49,021 nt of DNA from Octopus sinensis (lineage: Eukaryota), in contig NW_021834384.1 in NCBI RefSeq assembly GCF_006345805.1, positions 1 to 49,021 on the forward strand. Reading direction: 5' to 3'. Of this stretch, positions 36,544 through 48,780 are shown piece by piece (the stretch's first letter is position 1; each line of letters starts with the position of its first letter). The translations under genes and the position numbers were made by a program. The notes under the pieces are model-generated. The model was given only the letters and a program-made list of their open reading frames with translations. It had not been told where the DNA came from and did not search any database.

Positions 36544-39007
36544 CAGGGGTTGGACAAAATAATGGAAACACCTTAAAATTTCAAACTGATTTACTTTAAT
36601 TTATTTCAATACAGCTCTTACACCACATTGAAGATGTACTCAAAGCCTTGGGAACAGGTTCGAACTCTGACGTCATATATCTTGACTTCAGTAAAGCTTT
36701 CGACAGGGTAGACCATAATATCCTACTCTCAAAATTGGCAAATGTTGGAATCCGTGGAAAAGTTCTACACTGGATTAAGTATTTCCTGGCGAATAGAACA
36801 CAACATGTTGTAGTTGATGGAGGCCCAGCAAAAGTCACCAGCGGTGTCCCCCAGGGGACTGTCTTGGGTCCGCTACTCTTCATAATTTACATAAACGACC
36901 TTTCCAGTGTCGTACATTACTGCAAAGTGAAAATATTTGCTGATGACACCAAGCTCCAGCAAATCGTCAATGAAGAAGCAGACCGAACTCAACTCCAGTC
37001 TGATCTATATGCTGTGAGTCAATGGGCAGACAGAAACAAAATGCAACTGAACGAGGGAAAATTTGAGCTGATGCATTTTGGAAGAAATACCTCACTAAAA
37101 CAACCATACTCTCTTCCTTCAGGGGAACCGCTCACAGCCTCTAACAATATCAGAGACCTGGGTGTAATTGTTGATGACGATCTCAGTTGGAGTGCACACA
37201 TCAACAAGAAGGTCGATATAGCTCGTAGGATGAGTTCCTGGATCTTAAGAACTTTCCGGTCCAGAGAACAAGGTGTCATCATACCACTTTTTTCCTCCCT
37301 TGTACGGCCACACCTTGAATACTGCTGCCCACTGTGGTCTCCCCATACAAGACAAAACATCTCCAGAATTGAGTCTCCCCAGAGGGCACTCACTAAACAA
37401 ATTGAAGGCGTGGCCGCTCTCGATTATTGGGATCGCCTTAAAGCCTTGAAACTTTACTCCCTCCAGCGTCACCGTGAGCGGTACATCATTTGTACGATGT
37501 GGAGAATATACCGCCAACTTTGCCCAAACGACCTTAACATTAGCTTCAAGGTTCATCCAAGACTGGGACCACGGGTCATACGACCCCTGCCCAATTCAAG
37601 ATCACAACATACATGTACACTGCAACATAATTTCTTTTCCTCAACAGGCCCTGCCCTATTTAACATTGTCCCGAGGGAGATCAAAGAGGAAAAGGATCCC
37701 ATCAACTTTAAACGGAGTCTGGATAGATTCCTTCAAAGAATACCAGATAAGCCACCCATAATTGGATACAACTCACCCAACAAGAACTCACTACTTGAAC
37801 AACAAAACTTGATACAACTCACTCAACAAGAACTCACTACTTGAACAAAACTTGACTTAAACAAAACTTGACTTAAACAAAACTTGCCTTAAACATGATT
37901 CGAATAATCCTATCAGGTGGTGCTATTAAGTTAGACATGGCCTGGACCAATCTTTGGTCGAAACATAAGTTTATCTAAATTTAAGTTTAAATTTAATAAT
38001 TTATTTTAATTACAGCTTGAATTCTACGAGCTATGGACTCGTACAAAGTTTGAATTGTTTCTAAAGGAATTTTTGTCCATTCTTCAGCTAAAACAGTCTC
38101 CAGTTCTTGTAGTGATGATGGTGGAGGATATCGACTCTTTACTTGTTTTTCTAAAATGCACCATAAATATTCAATAATATCGAGATCTGAGGACTGTGGT
38201 GGCCAGATAAGATGTTCAACTGCAGTAGAATGTTCTTCGCACCGTTCAGTAACAAATTTAGCTGTGTGAATTGGTGCTTTATCATCCTGAAAGATTACAT
38301 TTCCTCCGCAAATAGTTCCGCAACCATAAAATGAATTTGATAAAATGGTTAAATGGTCTTGACTATTCTGCATGAAGGGAAACCATTAGGCTAGCGGATT
38401 TCCAAGATAAAGTCCCCCAGATCATCACAGATCCTCCTTCAAGTTTAACAGTCGGAAGAAGGCAGTTTGGGTCAAATGCTTCATTTGGATGTCTCTACAA
38501 GTATACTCGTATGGTGGTCGGAAATAAGGTAAAGGATGACTCGTCCGAGAAAATAACATTCTTCCACTGCTCTAGGGACCAATTCTGTTGGTTTTTACTC
38601 CACTCTAAATGCATTGCAATGTTTGTTTTTGAAAGTGGTGGTTTTCTGACTTGCAGCCCTCCTGTCAAAATCCGGCTTTGTGCAGCTCCCGGCAAACAGC
38701 TTTTGTGGAAACTGTGTTCTCGAGGTGCTCATTAAGCTCTGCAGTAATTTTGGGAACTGTACTTTTGTGATCCTTTCTAACAATTCGCATAAAAGTCCAA
38801 CGGTCCCTATCTGAATGTTTTGGTTTTCTTCCAGAATTTTGTTTTGATGAGGAGGTTTTTCCCTCTGTTTCAAAGGCTGTCATGACTTTTGAGACAATAG
38901 CAACACCAATAATAAATCAAAAGACATAAAAATAAAAAAGCTTTTGACGGTTTTACAGATATTTCAAAATTATGATGCTAGGTGTTTCCATTATTTTGTC
39001 CACCCCA
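36544..39007 (-). mobile_element. Tc1-family DNA transposon (DD36E spacing) with both TIRs, interrupted by a CR1 LINE
   Basis: TIR CAGGGGTTGGACAAAATAATGGAAACACCT at 36544-36573 and its near reverse complement at ~38980-39007; GRKPK HTH, VIFSDES, FQDDKAPIH...WPPQSSDLDIIE. Confidence 0.9.
36617..37996 (+). mobile_element. 5'-truncated CR1-clade LINE with open RT frame (36648-37844)
   Basis: LDFSKAFD, GVPQGTVLGPLLF, FADDTKL, RDLGVIVD, PHLEYCCPLWSP, RERY; 3' UTR and AT-rich repeat tail. Confidence 0.95.
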
Positions 39008-39053
39008 TATACACACACGCGCACGCACACACACGCACACACACACACACACA

Positions 39054-39093
<40 letters not shown>

Positions 39094-39112
39094 ATATATA
39101 TATATATATATA

Positions 39113-39271
39113 TACGAAGGGTTTCTTTCTGTTTCCGTTTACCAAATCCACTCACAAGGCTTTGGTCGACTCGAGACTATAGTAGAAGGCATTTGGTCGA
39201 GGTACCACGCAGTGGTACTGAACCCGGAACCATTTGGTTGGGGAGAAAGCTCTTACCACACAGCCACACCT
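39113..39271 (-). mobile_element. SINE family A, 5' half
   Basis: Match to family A head and core up to the internal microsatellite. Confidence 0.8.
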
Positions 39272-39525
39272 ATATACATATATACATACATACATGCATA
39301 CATACATACATAATACATACATACATGCATGCATGCATACATACATACATACATACATGCATACAAACATGCATACATACATGCATGCATGCATGCATAC
39401 ATACATACATACATGCATGCATACATACATACATACATGCATACATACATACATACATACATACATACATGCATGCATACATACATACACACATATATAC
39501 ATACATACATACATACATGCATGCA

Positions 39526-39558
<33 letters not shown>

Positions 39559-39590
39559 GCATGCATGCATACATACATACATACATACAT

Positions 39591-40257
39591 CAGGTAAAGG
39601 ACCTAGGTATCTTGGTGGATTCCTCCTTTTCGCCTTCGGCCCAGTGCGTCCATGCTGCCAACAAAGCACGCGGAATTCTGTTCTTGATTCGACGGTCATT
39701 CGGAATGCTCACAGCAGCCATATTCCTGCCACTCTATGTCACGCTGGTGAGACCCATATTGGGGTATGGGATTCAAGCCTCTTCTCCTTATCTCCTCAAA
39801 GACATACAGCATCTCGAAAAAGTCCAGAAGCTGGCTACCCGCATGGTTCATGGTCTCAAAAATTTGTCCTACGAAGAAAGGCTGAGGACGCTCGACCTTT
39901 ATTCTCTTGAAAAACGCCGCCGCCGTGGTGATCTCATTCTCGCCCACAACATCATAAGCGGAAAGTGTAACCTCTCGAAAGAGCTGTTCTTCACTCCTGC
40001 TCCAGAGCGTCGGCTGCGGGGTCATTCCGAAAAGCTCTACCTGCGACGATTTCATCTCAATCGAAGGAGAGGAGCTTTCTCCGTCCGGGTTGCGGATCCG
40101 TGGAACAAGCTGCCAGACGAGATGGTGAAGATGCCGACGACCGCTTTGTTCAAAGCCTCCCTGGACCTCAAGTGGCCTGAACTCTTTACATGAACACCAC
40201 CCTGTACTTAACTCCATGTCCCCCTACATGGCCTTGCTATTTGCTTTTGAGCCAAAT

Positions 40258-40297
<40 letters not shown>
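39591..40297 (+). mobile_element. Second CR1-clade LINE, 3' fragment with open frame and (CTAA)n tail, inside (CATA)n
   Basis: KDLGILVD, LVRPILGYG, LEKVQKLATRMV, SYEERLRTLDLYSLEKRRRRGDLI, RGH, WNKLP; stop at 40193. Confidence 0.92.
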
Positions 40298-40685
40298 ATA
40301 CATACATACATGCATGCATGCATACATACATACATACATACATACATACATGCATGCATACATACATACATACATGCATGCATGCATACATACACACATA
40401 CATACATACATACATACATATACATACATACATATATACATACATACATGCATACATACATACATACATGCATGCATGCATCCATACATACATACATACA
40501 TACATACATACATACATACATGCATACATACATACATACATACATACATGCATGCATACATACATACATACATGCATGCATGCATACATACATACATACA
40601 TACATACATACATACATACATACATGCATACATACATACATACATACATACATGCATGCATACAATTCATACATACATACATACA

Positions 40686-40922
40686 TTATGGCTGACCCCT
40701 CGTTATCGAGTATGGCCATTGCACGAAGCTTAACCGTTACTGGTGCTGTGATCGAATGTGACGTTTTAGCCCAGCTAAAGATCTACAATGTCTTGTACAA
40801 AATTGGCAACTAAAACCTTTACCGGTAATAGCCGGCTGTAGTTGTAACTGGGATTCATGTACCTTTGCATGTCGTTTAAGTTCTCCTGCCGAATTACACT
40901 CTCTTCCACATGCCCGACTGAT
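40686..40922 (-). mobile_element. Probable RTE-type LINE extreme 3' end with two C2H2-like motifs
   Basis: CGRECNSAGELKRHAKVH and CQFCTRHCRSLAGLKRHIRSQH, then a short UTR (CCATACTCGATAACGAGGGGTCAGCC) running into (ATGT)n. Confidence 0.55.
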
Positions 40923-40928
40923 ACACAC

Positions 40929-41006
<78 letters not shown>

Positions 41007-41021
41007 TTATTTACAATAAGT

Positions 41022-41117
41022 ACTAGTTACGCACTGGAGTCGATGTAATCGACTTAATCTCTTTGTCTGTCCTTGAATAATCCCCTCTACATTTAGCCCC
41101 CTGTGGGCAATAAAGAA

Positions 41118-41120
<3 letters not shown>
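41022..41120 (+). mobile_element. SINE C1 3' fragment, tail joined to (TA)n
   Basis: GTTACGCACTGGAGTCGATGTAATCGAC...AGCCCCCTGTGGGCAATAAAGAAATA. Confidence 0.8.
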
Positions 41121-41179
<59 letters not shown>

Positions 41180-41293
41180 ATATATATACACATACACACG
41201 TGTGTGTGTGTGTGTGACATTTGGCTAATGAGTCAGTTTGCTGTTGCTGCTCTCATTTGCATTCCCTGATGCGACGTAGGCTCGTCTGGAACT

Positions 41294-41382
41294 CTTATCA
41301 GACGGGTAGTCACGATGGGTATATTGGGCTTCGTATATTTTACCCCAGTGTCACTTTGATGGCATACACCGCTCTCCGACTC
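41294..41382 (+). mobile_element. Element E 3' end followed by (AAT)n
   Basis: Matches 30024-30113. Confidence 0.85.
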
Positions 41383-41407
41383 AATAATAATAATAATAAT
41401 AATAATA

Positions 41408-41446
<39 letters not shown>

Positions 41447-41447
<1 letters not shown>

Positions 41448-41658
41448 CTTTTCTACTCTAGGCACAAGGCCCGAAATTTTCTTTGGGGAGGGGACCAGTT
41501 GATTAGATCGACTCTAGTACGCAACTGTTACTTAATTTATCGAAAGGATGGAAGGCAAAGTCGACTTCGGCGGGATTTGAACTCAGAACGTAGCGACAGG
41601 CGAAGTACGGCTAAGTATTTCGCCCGGCGTGCTAACGATTCTGCCAGCTCACCGCCTT
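41447..41658 (-). mobile_element. SINE C2, full length
   Basis: Head GGCGGTGAGCTGGCAGAATCG, C core, C2 tail. Confidence 0.88.
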
Positions 41659-41677
41659 AATAGCGATACTACTACTT

Positions 41678-41728
<51 letters not shown>

Positions 41729-41849
41729 ATAATAATAATGATAACAATAACAACAATAATAACAAAACAACAACAACAACAATAATATAATAATAATAGC
41801 AACAGAAATAATAATGATGGTGATGATGATGATGATGATGATGATGATA

Positions 41850-41885
<36 letters not shown>

Positions 41886-41887
41886 TA

Positions 41888-42021
<134 letters not shown>

Positions 42022-42549
42022 TAGTAGTAATGATAATAACAACAATGTTATCGTCAGTGAACTCTTTGCCCAACAACTCTTTTACCACAATCCACGGCTT
42101 ATCTCCAAACACTCAATCTGTCTTTTCCTTAAGCACAGACACCATTATTCTGCCACCTTCGAATCCCATTCTTTGAGGAATCGTTAGTAGAGTGGTGGGG
42201 TGAGGAGTGACTTATTGAAGAGTTTCAAGTTAGAGTCCTTGTAACCGATGGGCCTTCACCAGCAGGGGGTCTACTTATGCCCCTTGGCCCTTTGCCAGTG
42301 ACTTATCTTCAGTAAACTCTTTTCCTCTGTTGCCCTGTTCTCTTCTCAATATTAAACTAACTTTCTGATTTTTATCTCAAGATTTCCAAGATTTTTATCT
42401 CGTCGCTTCTTGGAATTAGAACAACATTCATCGCGCTCTTAACTGGTGCTGCATTTTATTGTATTCGCCATATTGCCTGCATCTACAGATGTTCACCGTG
42501 ACATTAGCTATTGTTGTTGTCGTTGTGGTTGTTGTTGATATTATTGTTA

Positions 42550-42563
42550 CTGTTGATGACAAA

Positions 42564-42595
<32 letters not shown>

Positions 42596-42950
42596 GATTA
42601 TGATGATGGTGATGATGATGATGATGATGATGATAATGATTTTGAAGATGATGATGATATTGATAATGATGATGATGGTGATAAGGATGATGATGTTGAT
42701 GATGATGGTGATGGTGATAAGGATGATGATGATGTTGATGATGGTGATGATGTTGATGATGATGGTGATGATGTTGATGGTGATGTTGATGATGATGATA
42801 ATTGTGAAACTGATGAATGGTGATGATAGTGATGACGCTGATAATTATGAATGTGGTAATAGTGATGATGACGATGACGATGATGATGATGATGATGAAT
42901 GGTGATGGAGCTGATGATGATGATTGTGATGATGATGATGATGACGTCGA
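42550..42950. repeat. Degenerate (GAT)n repeat
   Basis: Direct inspection. Confidence 0.9.
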
Positions 42951-43597
42951 GGACGTTGGTGATTGGCCTCAGGTCAGTCCTAACCAAGAAACGTCCTATA
43001 CCATCACAGACGTTCCATATAACACCACCCCATCTGTTTCTTTGGCTTAGCGTATCCGGGGCTAAATTACCTATTATGTCCTTCTTTGTTTTATAGAGAC
43101 TAGTAAGTGATTTCAGAGAGATTTGACTGCTCTTGTGGCAAACAGGTCGATTGATGACGCAAAAGGCTCTCTCTCAGGTTAGCTCGTCTCCGAAGCTAGT
43201 TTTACAGAATAATGGAATAGCAGTGACGGCGATACACTTGAGATATTAGTTTTGACAGACGTTCGAAAATGTTAATTTGACAACTAGACTTGTTATCTGA
43301 TTAACAAACACTTCTGCAGTCTTTACAAGGAGGAATAAACGTGTGTGTTGCGAGAATAACAAGAGAATAAGAGCAAAGTAATATTTCGGACGACAGAACA
43401 CTTCATCGGAAAAGATACGATGGAAAGAAATTAGCCATGTTTATTTTCTGACAGACGATAATTTACTAAAGCGCTACAACTCTTTTCTTATTACCAACAC
43501 AGAGTTATTGTTGCTGTCATTGTTTTTAGATCCAGGTTAGTCCTGATTGAGAAGAACGGGTGATGAAAGATTCGACAACAGTAACTAACAAAGAAAC

Positions 43598-43783
43598 TCG
43601 TCCGCTGTTACGTTCTGAGTTCAAATTCCGCCGAGAGCGAGTTTACCTTTCATCCTTTCGGGGTCGATTAAATAAGTACCAGTTACGCACTGGTGTCAAT
43701 GAAATCGACTTATCCCTTTGTCTGTCTTTGTTTGCCCCCTCTATGTTTAGCCCCTCCACCCCGTGAGCAATAAAGAAACAATA
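43598..43783 (+). mobile_element. SINE C1, head clipped
   Basis: C core and tail GCAATAAAGAAAC. Confidence 0.8.
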
Positions 43784-43785
43784 TA

Positions 43786-44175
43786 GGTGCAGGAGTGGCT
43801 GTGTGGTAAGTAGCTTGCTTACCAACCACATGGTACTGGGATCAGTCCCACTGTGTGGCACCTTGGGCAAATGTCTTCTACTATAGCCTCGGGCCGACCA
43901 TAGGCTTGTGAGTGAATTTGGTAGAGGAAACTGAAAGAAGCCCGTCGTATGTGTGTGTGTATGTGTTTGTGTGTCTGTGTTTGTCCCCACCTTCGCTTCA
44001 CAACAGATGCTGGTGTATTCATGTCCCAGTAACTTAGCGGTTCGGAAAAATAGACTGATAGAATAAGCACTAGGCTTACCAAGAGTAAGTCCTGGGGTCG
44101 ATTTGTTCGACTAAAGGATTTGCTCCAGTATGGCAGCAGTCAAATGATTGAAACAAATTAAAGAATAAAAGAATA
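43786..44175 (+). mobile_element. SINE family A
   Basis: Full-length match. Confidence 0.88.
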
Positions 44176-44344
44176 TAAACATTAAATTACGTCTTGAATT
44201 TTAGAAAAGTCTCACATACTTTTAGAGTTCCACTGAATTTACAAAATACTAGTAAAGTGACACAATACCTTTGGAAAGTTTGGTCTTTTTTATTTCTTTT
44301 TAACAGTTAACAAAATGTGTCAAAAATTATGGGTAGAAATATAA

Positions 44345-45322
44345 TTTTTTACTCTAGGCACAAGGCCCGAAATTTTTTGGGAGGGGGAGCAGTAGATTAT
44401 ATAGACCCTAATACGCAACTGGTACTTAATCTATCGTCCCCGAAAGGATGAAAGGCAAAGTCGACCTCGGCGGAATTTGAACTCAGAACGTAGCGGCAGA
44501 CGAAATACCTATTTCTTTACTACCCACAAGGGGCCAAATACAGGGAGGACAAACAAGGACAGACAAACGGATTAAGTCGATTATATCGACCCCAGTGCGT
44601 AACTGGTACCTATTTAATCGACAGCGAAAGAATGAAAGGCAAAGTCGACCTCGGCAGAATTTGAACTCAGAACGTAACGGCAGACGAAATACCGCTAAGC
44701 ATTTCGCCCGGCGTACTAACGTTTCTTATTTCTTTATTGCCAAAAAGGGGCTCAACATAGAGGGCACAAACAAGGACAAACAAATGGTTAAGTCGATTAC
44801 ATCGACCCAGTGCGTAAGTGGTACTTAATTTATCGACCCCGAAAGGATAAAAGGCAAAGTCGACCTCGGCAGAATTTGAACTCAGAACGTAAAGACAAAC
44901 GAAATACCTATTTATTTACTACCCACAAGGGGCTAAACACAGAGAGGACAAACAAGGACAGACAAACGGATTAAGTCGATTACATCGACCCAGTGCGTAA
45001 GTGGTACTTAATTTATCGACCCCGAAAGGATAAAAGGCAAAGTCGACTTCGGCAGAATTTGAACTCAGAACATAAAGACAGACGAAATATCTATTTCTTT
45101 ACTACCCACAAGGGGCTACACACAGAGAGGACAAACAAGGACAGACAAACGGATTAAGTCGATTATATCGACCCCAGTGCGTAACTGGTACTTGATTTAT
45201 CGACCCCGAAAGGATGAAAGGCAAAGTCGACCTTTGCGGAATTTGAACTCAGAACGTAACAGCAGACGAAATACTGCTAAGCATTTCGCCCGGCGTGCTA
45301 CCAATTCTGTCAGCTCGCCGCC
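44345..45322 (-). mobile_element. Five-unit head-to-tail SINE C concatemer
   Basis: Units 45322-45091, 45090-44908, 44907-44726, 44725-44509 (C1 tails) and 44508-44345 (C2 tail). Confidence 0.92.
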
Positions 45323-45702
45323 TTTATGGGTAGAAATAGTAATTTATAGCCGGGTGCAGAGAAGTCTTAGATTTTGAAATGGGTGTCTCCTTCTGGGGTC
45401 GATGTAATCGACTTCCCCCGTCCCCCGAAATTGCTGGCCTTGTTCAAACTTTGAAACCAATATTATCACAGACACCGTGGTGGTGGTGGTGGTGTTTCTG
45501 TTGTTGTTGGTGTTGGTGGTGGTGTTGGTGATGGCGGTGCTGTCATATTGTCCTTACCGTGGATTAATTGATGTCAAACTTCACTTTTCATTCTTTCAAG
45601 GTCGATAAAATAAAGTACCAGCGAAATACTGCGCTCGGTGTAAACGACTTACCCCTCACCTCAAAAGTGCTCTCCTTGTACAAAAATAAGAATAAAAAAG
45701 TA

Positions 45703-45874
45703 TCAGGAGTGCTTGTGTGGTAAGTAGCTTGCTTACCAACCACATAGTTCCGGGTTCAGTCCCACGGCATGGCACCTTGGGCAAGTGTCTTCTACTATAG
45801 CTTCAGACCGACCAAGGCCTTGTGAGTGGATTTGGTAGACGGAAACTGAAAGAAGCCCGTCGTATACATGCATG

Positions 45875-45914
<40 letters not shown>

Positions 45915-45922
45915 TAGATACA

Positions 45923-45960
<38 letters not shown>

Positions 45961-46198
45961 ATATATATGTGTGTGTGTATATGTTTGTGTGTCTGTGTTT
46001 GACCCCAACATCGCTTGATAACCGATGCTGGTGTGTTGACGTCCCCGTAACTTAGCGGTTCGCCAAAAGAGACCGATAGAATAAGTACTAGGCTTACAAA
46101 GAATAAGTCCTGGGGTAGATTTGCTCGACTAAAAGGCGGTGCTCTAGCATGGCCTCATTCAAATGACTGAAACAAGTAAAAGAGAGTAAAAGAGAGTG
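45703..46198 (+). mobile_element. SINE family A with expanded internal microsatellite
   Basis: Full-length match. Confidence 0.88.
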
Positions 46199-46272
46199 TT
46201 GTTGTTAGCTTTCTGTCGCTGGGGGGGGGTAATTGTTGTTTTTGTTGTTGTTATACTGCTGTTGCTGGGGAT

Positions 46273-46307
<35 letters not shown>

Positions 46308-47120
46308 TCGCTGTTGCTGTTGTTGTTGTTGTTGTCATTGTTACGATTTTCGTCGCAGCATTTCTGTTTGTAACCAACACCCTGAATGTCCAATTATTTG
46401 GCTCAGTTGTCATCCACCCGCAACTACTCTCTCTCCCTTCACCTCTCTCTCTCTTTCCCTTCACCTCTCTCTCTCCCTCTTCATTTCTCTCTCTCCCTTC
46501 ACCTCTCTCTCTCTCTCTCTCTCTCTAGCGTCAGTTTTAATAGGGTGGGCGTGGCAACCACACGGGGTGCAAATTGCTGAAGGTGGTTTCAGAACACGTG
46601 CTTTGTTCGTTCTAATTGCAGTGTTCCATATCAACTGTGGGTTGTGAATGAGCGGGCCTCTCTCTCTTCACCTCTCTCTCTCTCTCACTCTCTCTCACTC
46701 CCTCTCTCTCTCTCTCTCTCACTCTCTCTCACTCCCACTCCCCCCCTCTCTCTCTCACACACACACACACAAAGTCGCAAAAGAAGAACAGCTTTACATT
46801 TCAAACCTGTATAATTAAAACCAGGTCCCTGCTCCGAGTTTAACTTCCTTAATAAAGGGTTTTTCATATTCTTTTAATTAATCTTTTATTTTTGTTTGTT
46901 TGTTTGTTTGTACATAGTTCATTTCCATTTTCCAACTCTTTCCACGATTCAAGATGGCCCCATCTCCATACCGAACTACTTACTACAAGCTAACTACGTT
47001 TGTACCTACATAGTTACATGGCTACGAACCTATCCACTTACCTACCTACCTACCTACCTACCTACCTACCTACATACATACATACATACATACATTCGTA
47101 CCTATCTACCAACGTAATGG

Positions 47121-47198
<78 letters not shown>

Positions 47199-47222
47199 GT
47201 CTGTCTGTCTGTCTGTCCATCC

Positions 47223-47275
<53 letters not shown>

Positions 47276-47290
47276 TCTGTCTGTCTGTCC

Positions 47291-47419
<129 letters not shown>

Positions 47420-47420
47420 A

Positions 47421-47985
47421 TCTCTCATCAACTTCTTCAAGTACCACTTGAAAAGGAAAGTGAGAGTAGAGAGGCAAGTTTTGTCTAGCGAATGTTTTAA
47501 AAAAAGATGGGTGAATGTAGCAAGGATGGCACGTATGAATGACGAAGCCACCTTGAGCATAATCCTATGAACCCGGAAATTGAAAACAGAGGGTTACCCA
47601 CTTGCAAACAAATGTGGTAACATATAACAATATTGACCAAGGTTACCGTGGTCTTTTTCGTAGGCTTTTCTTCCCACGGATAAACCTTATCTGCTTTCCC
47701 CTTTACACCATACATCATAACTCTAGAAACACGACTCCCTTTGATTCTCCCTATTGCGTCTTTTTTCCTCTTCCCTTTTTTTCTTCTTTTTTCATCTCTC
47801 TTTTCTTTTTTTTCCTTGTCCTTTTTTTTTGTTCTTTTTTTCCCTTTTACGAATCCCTTTTGATCGAAAACCTACCGCCACCTTTTTTTTTGTTCTTTTG
47901 TTTTTGTTTTTTCATCCCCCGAAAGAAAAGCTCTACCTTGTAACTTGTCCCATCTGTGTGCAGCCCTGTGTGGCAATAAAGAAAC
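47421..47985 (+). mobile_element. 5'-truncated L1/Tx1-clade LINE inserted in (TATC)n
   Basis: 47421-47570 translates [49 protein letters not shown], homologous to the C-terminus at 30393-30550; T-rich UTR; ends CAGCCCTGTGTGGCAATAAAGAAAC; (TATC)n on both sides. Confidence 0.85.
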
Positions 47986-48164
47986 TTATCTATCTATCTA
48001 TCTATCTAGCTGTCTGTCTGTCTGTCTATCTATCTATCTTACTATCTATCTATCTGTTTGTCTGTTTGTCTGTTTGTCTGCCTGTATCTATGTGTATACA
48101 TACATACATACATACATATATATATGTGCGTGCTTGTGCGTGCGTGTATATATATAAAATATAA

Positions 48165-48345
48165 TATCCGTTCTGTCTGTCTGTGTGTGTGTCTTCTAGG
48201 ATCTCGGGCATCCTCCATCCGATTGCGCTCAAATTTGATATGTAGATACCGACGGTATCAGGGCGTGTATAAGTCTTGAAAAAATTACAAAAAGCGACTT
48301 CTTGAGAATGCGATCGATAAAGCCATGGGAACGTGCATTTGTACG
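48165..48345 (+). mobile_element. Possible Helentron-associated non-autonomous (HINE/DINE-like) fragment
   Basis: (GTCT)-like repeat followed by ATCTCGG...CCGATTGCGCTCAAATTTGATATGTAG, the layout typical of such elements. Confidence 0.35.
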
Positions 48346-48683
48346 CGCAGTTACATCAGTCGAAAGCCGTCTTTTGTTGGAGTCTCAAATTTTGCTTAAA
48401 TCAGTATTTCTCAAAAGGGAGACCTATGGGACGGTCGGAATAGTTGTTCTGAGAAAATTTGGTTTAAATGTTTGACAGCTCAGCAGCGTCCATTGGATGG
48501 GGGTGTTTTGCTCGTATATATATATAACAATTGCAGCGTGGAAGGTGTTTATAAGCCATCTAAAAACATACAAAAAACCGTTAGATTCACTTCAACATTT
48601 ACATTTAATTTGCCAAAATATTTTCGTCGCTTTGAGACCGCGATGTGTTCGCTGACATCTAAGAAAGTAACAGTTAGTTCAGG

Positions 48684-48684
<1 letters not shown>

Positions 48685-48714
<30 letters not shown>

Positions 48715-48780
48715 TGTATGTATGTATGTATGTATGTATGTATGTATGTATGTGTGTGTATATATGTATTATATATATAT
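48685..48780. repeat. (TATG)n microsatellite
   Basis: Direct inspection. Confidence 0.95.

Noticed and set aside
36648-37844. 398-aa ORF as a host gene or active retroelement
   Set aside because: It is a 5'-truncated CR1 RT lacking the endonuclease, ORF1 and a promoter.
44345-45322. Retrozyme-type tandem array
   Set aside because: The unit size fits, but no hammerhead core was found on either strand of family C.
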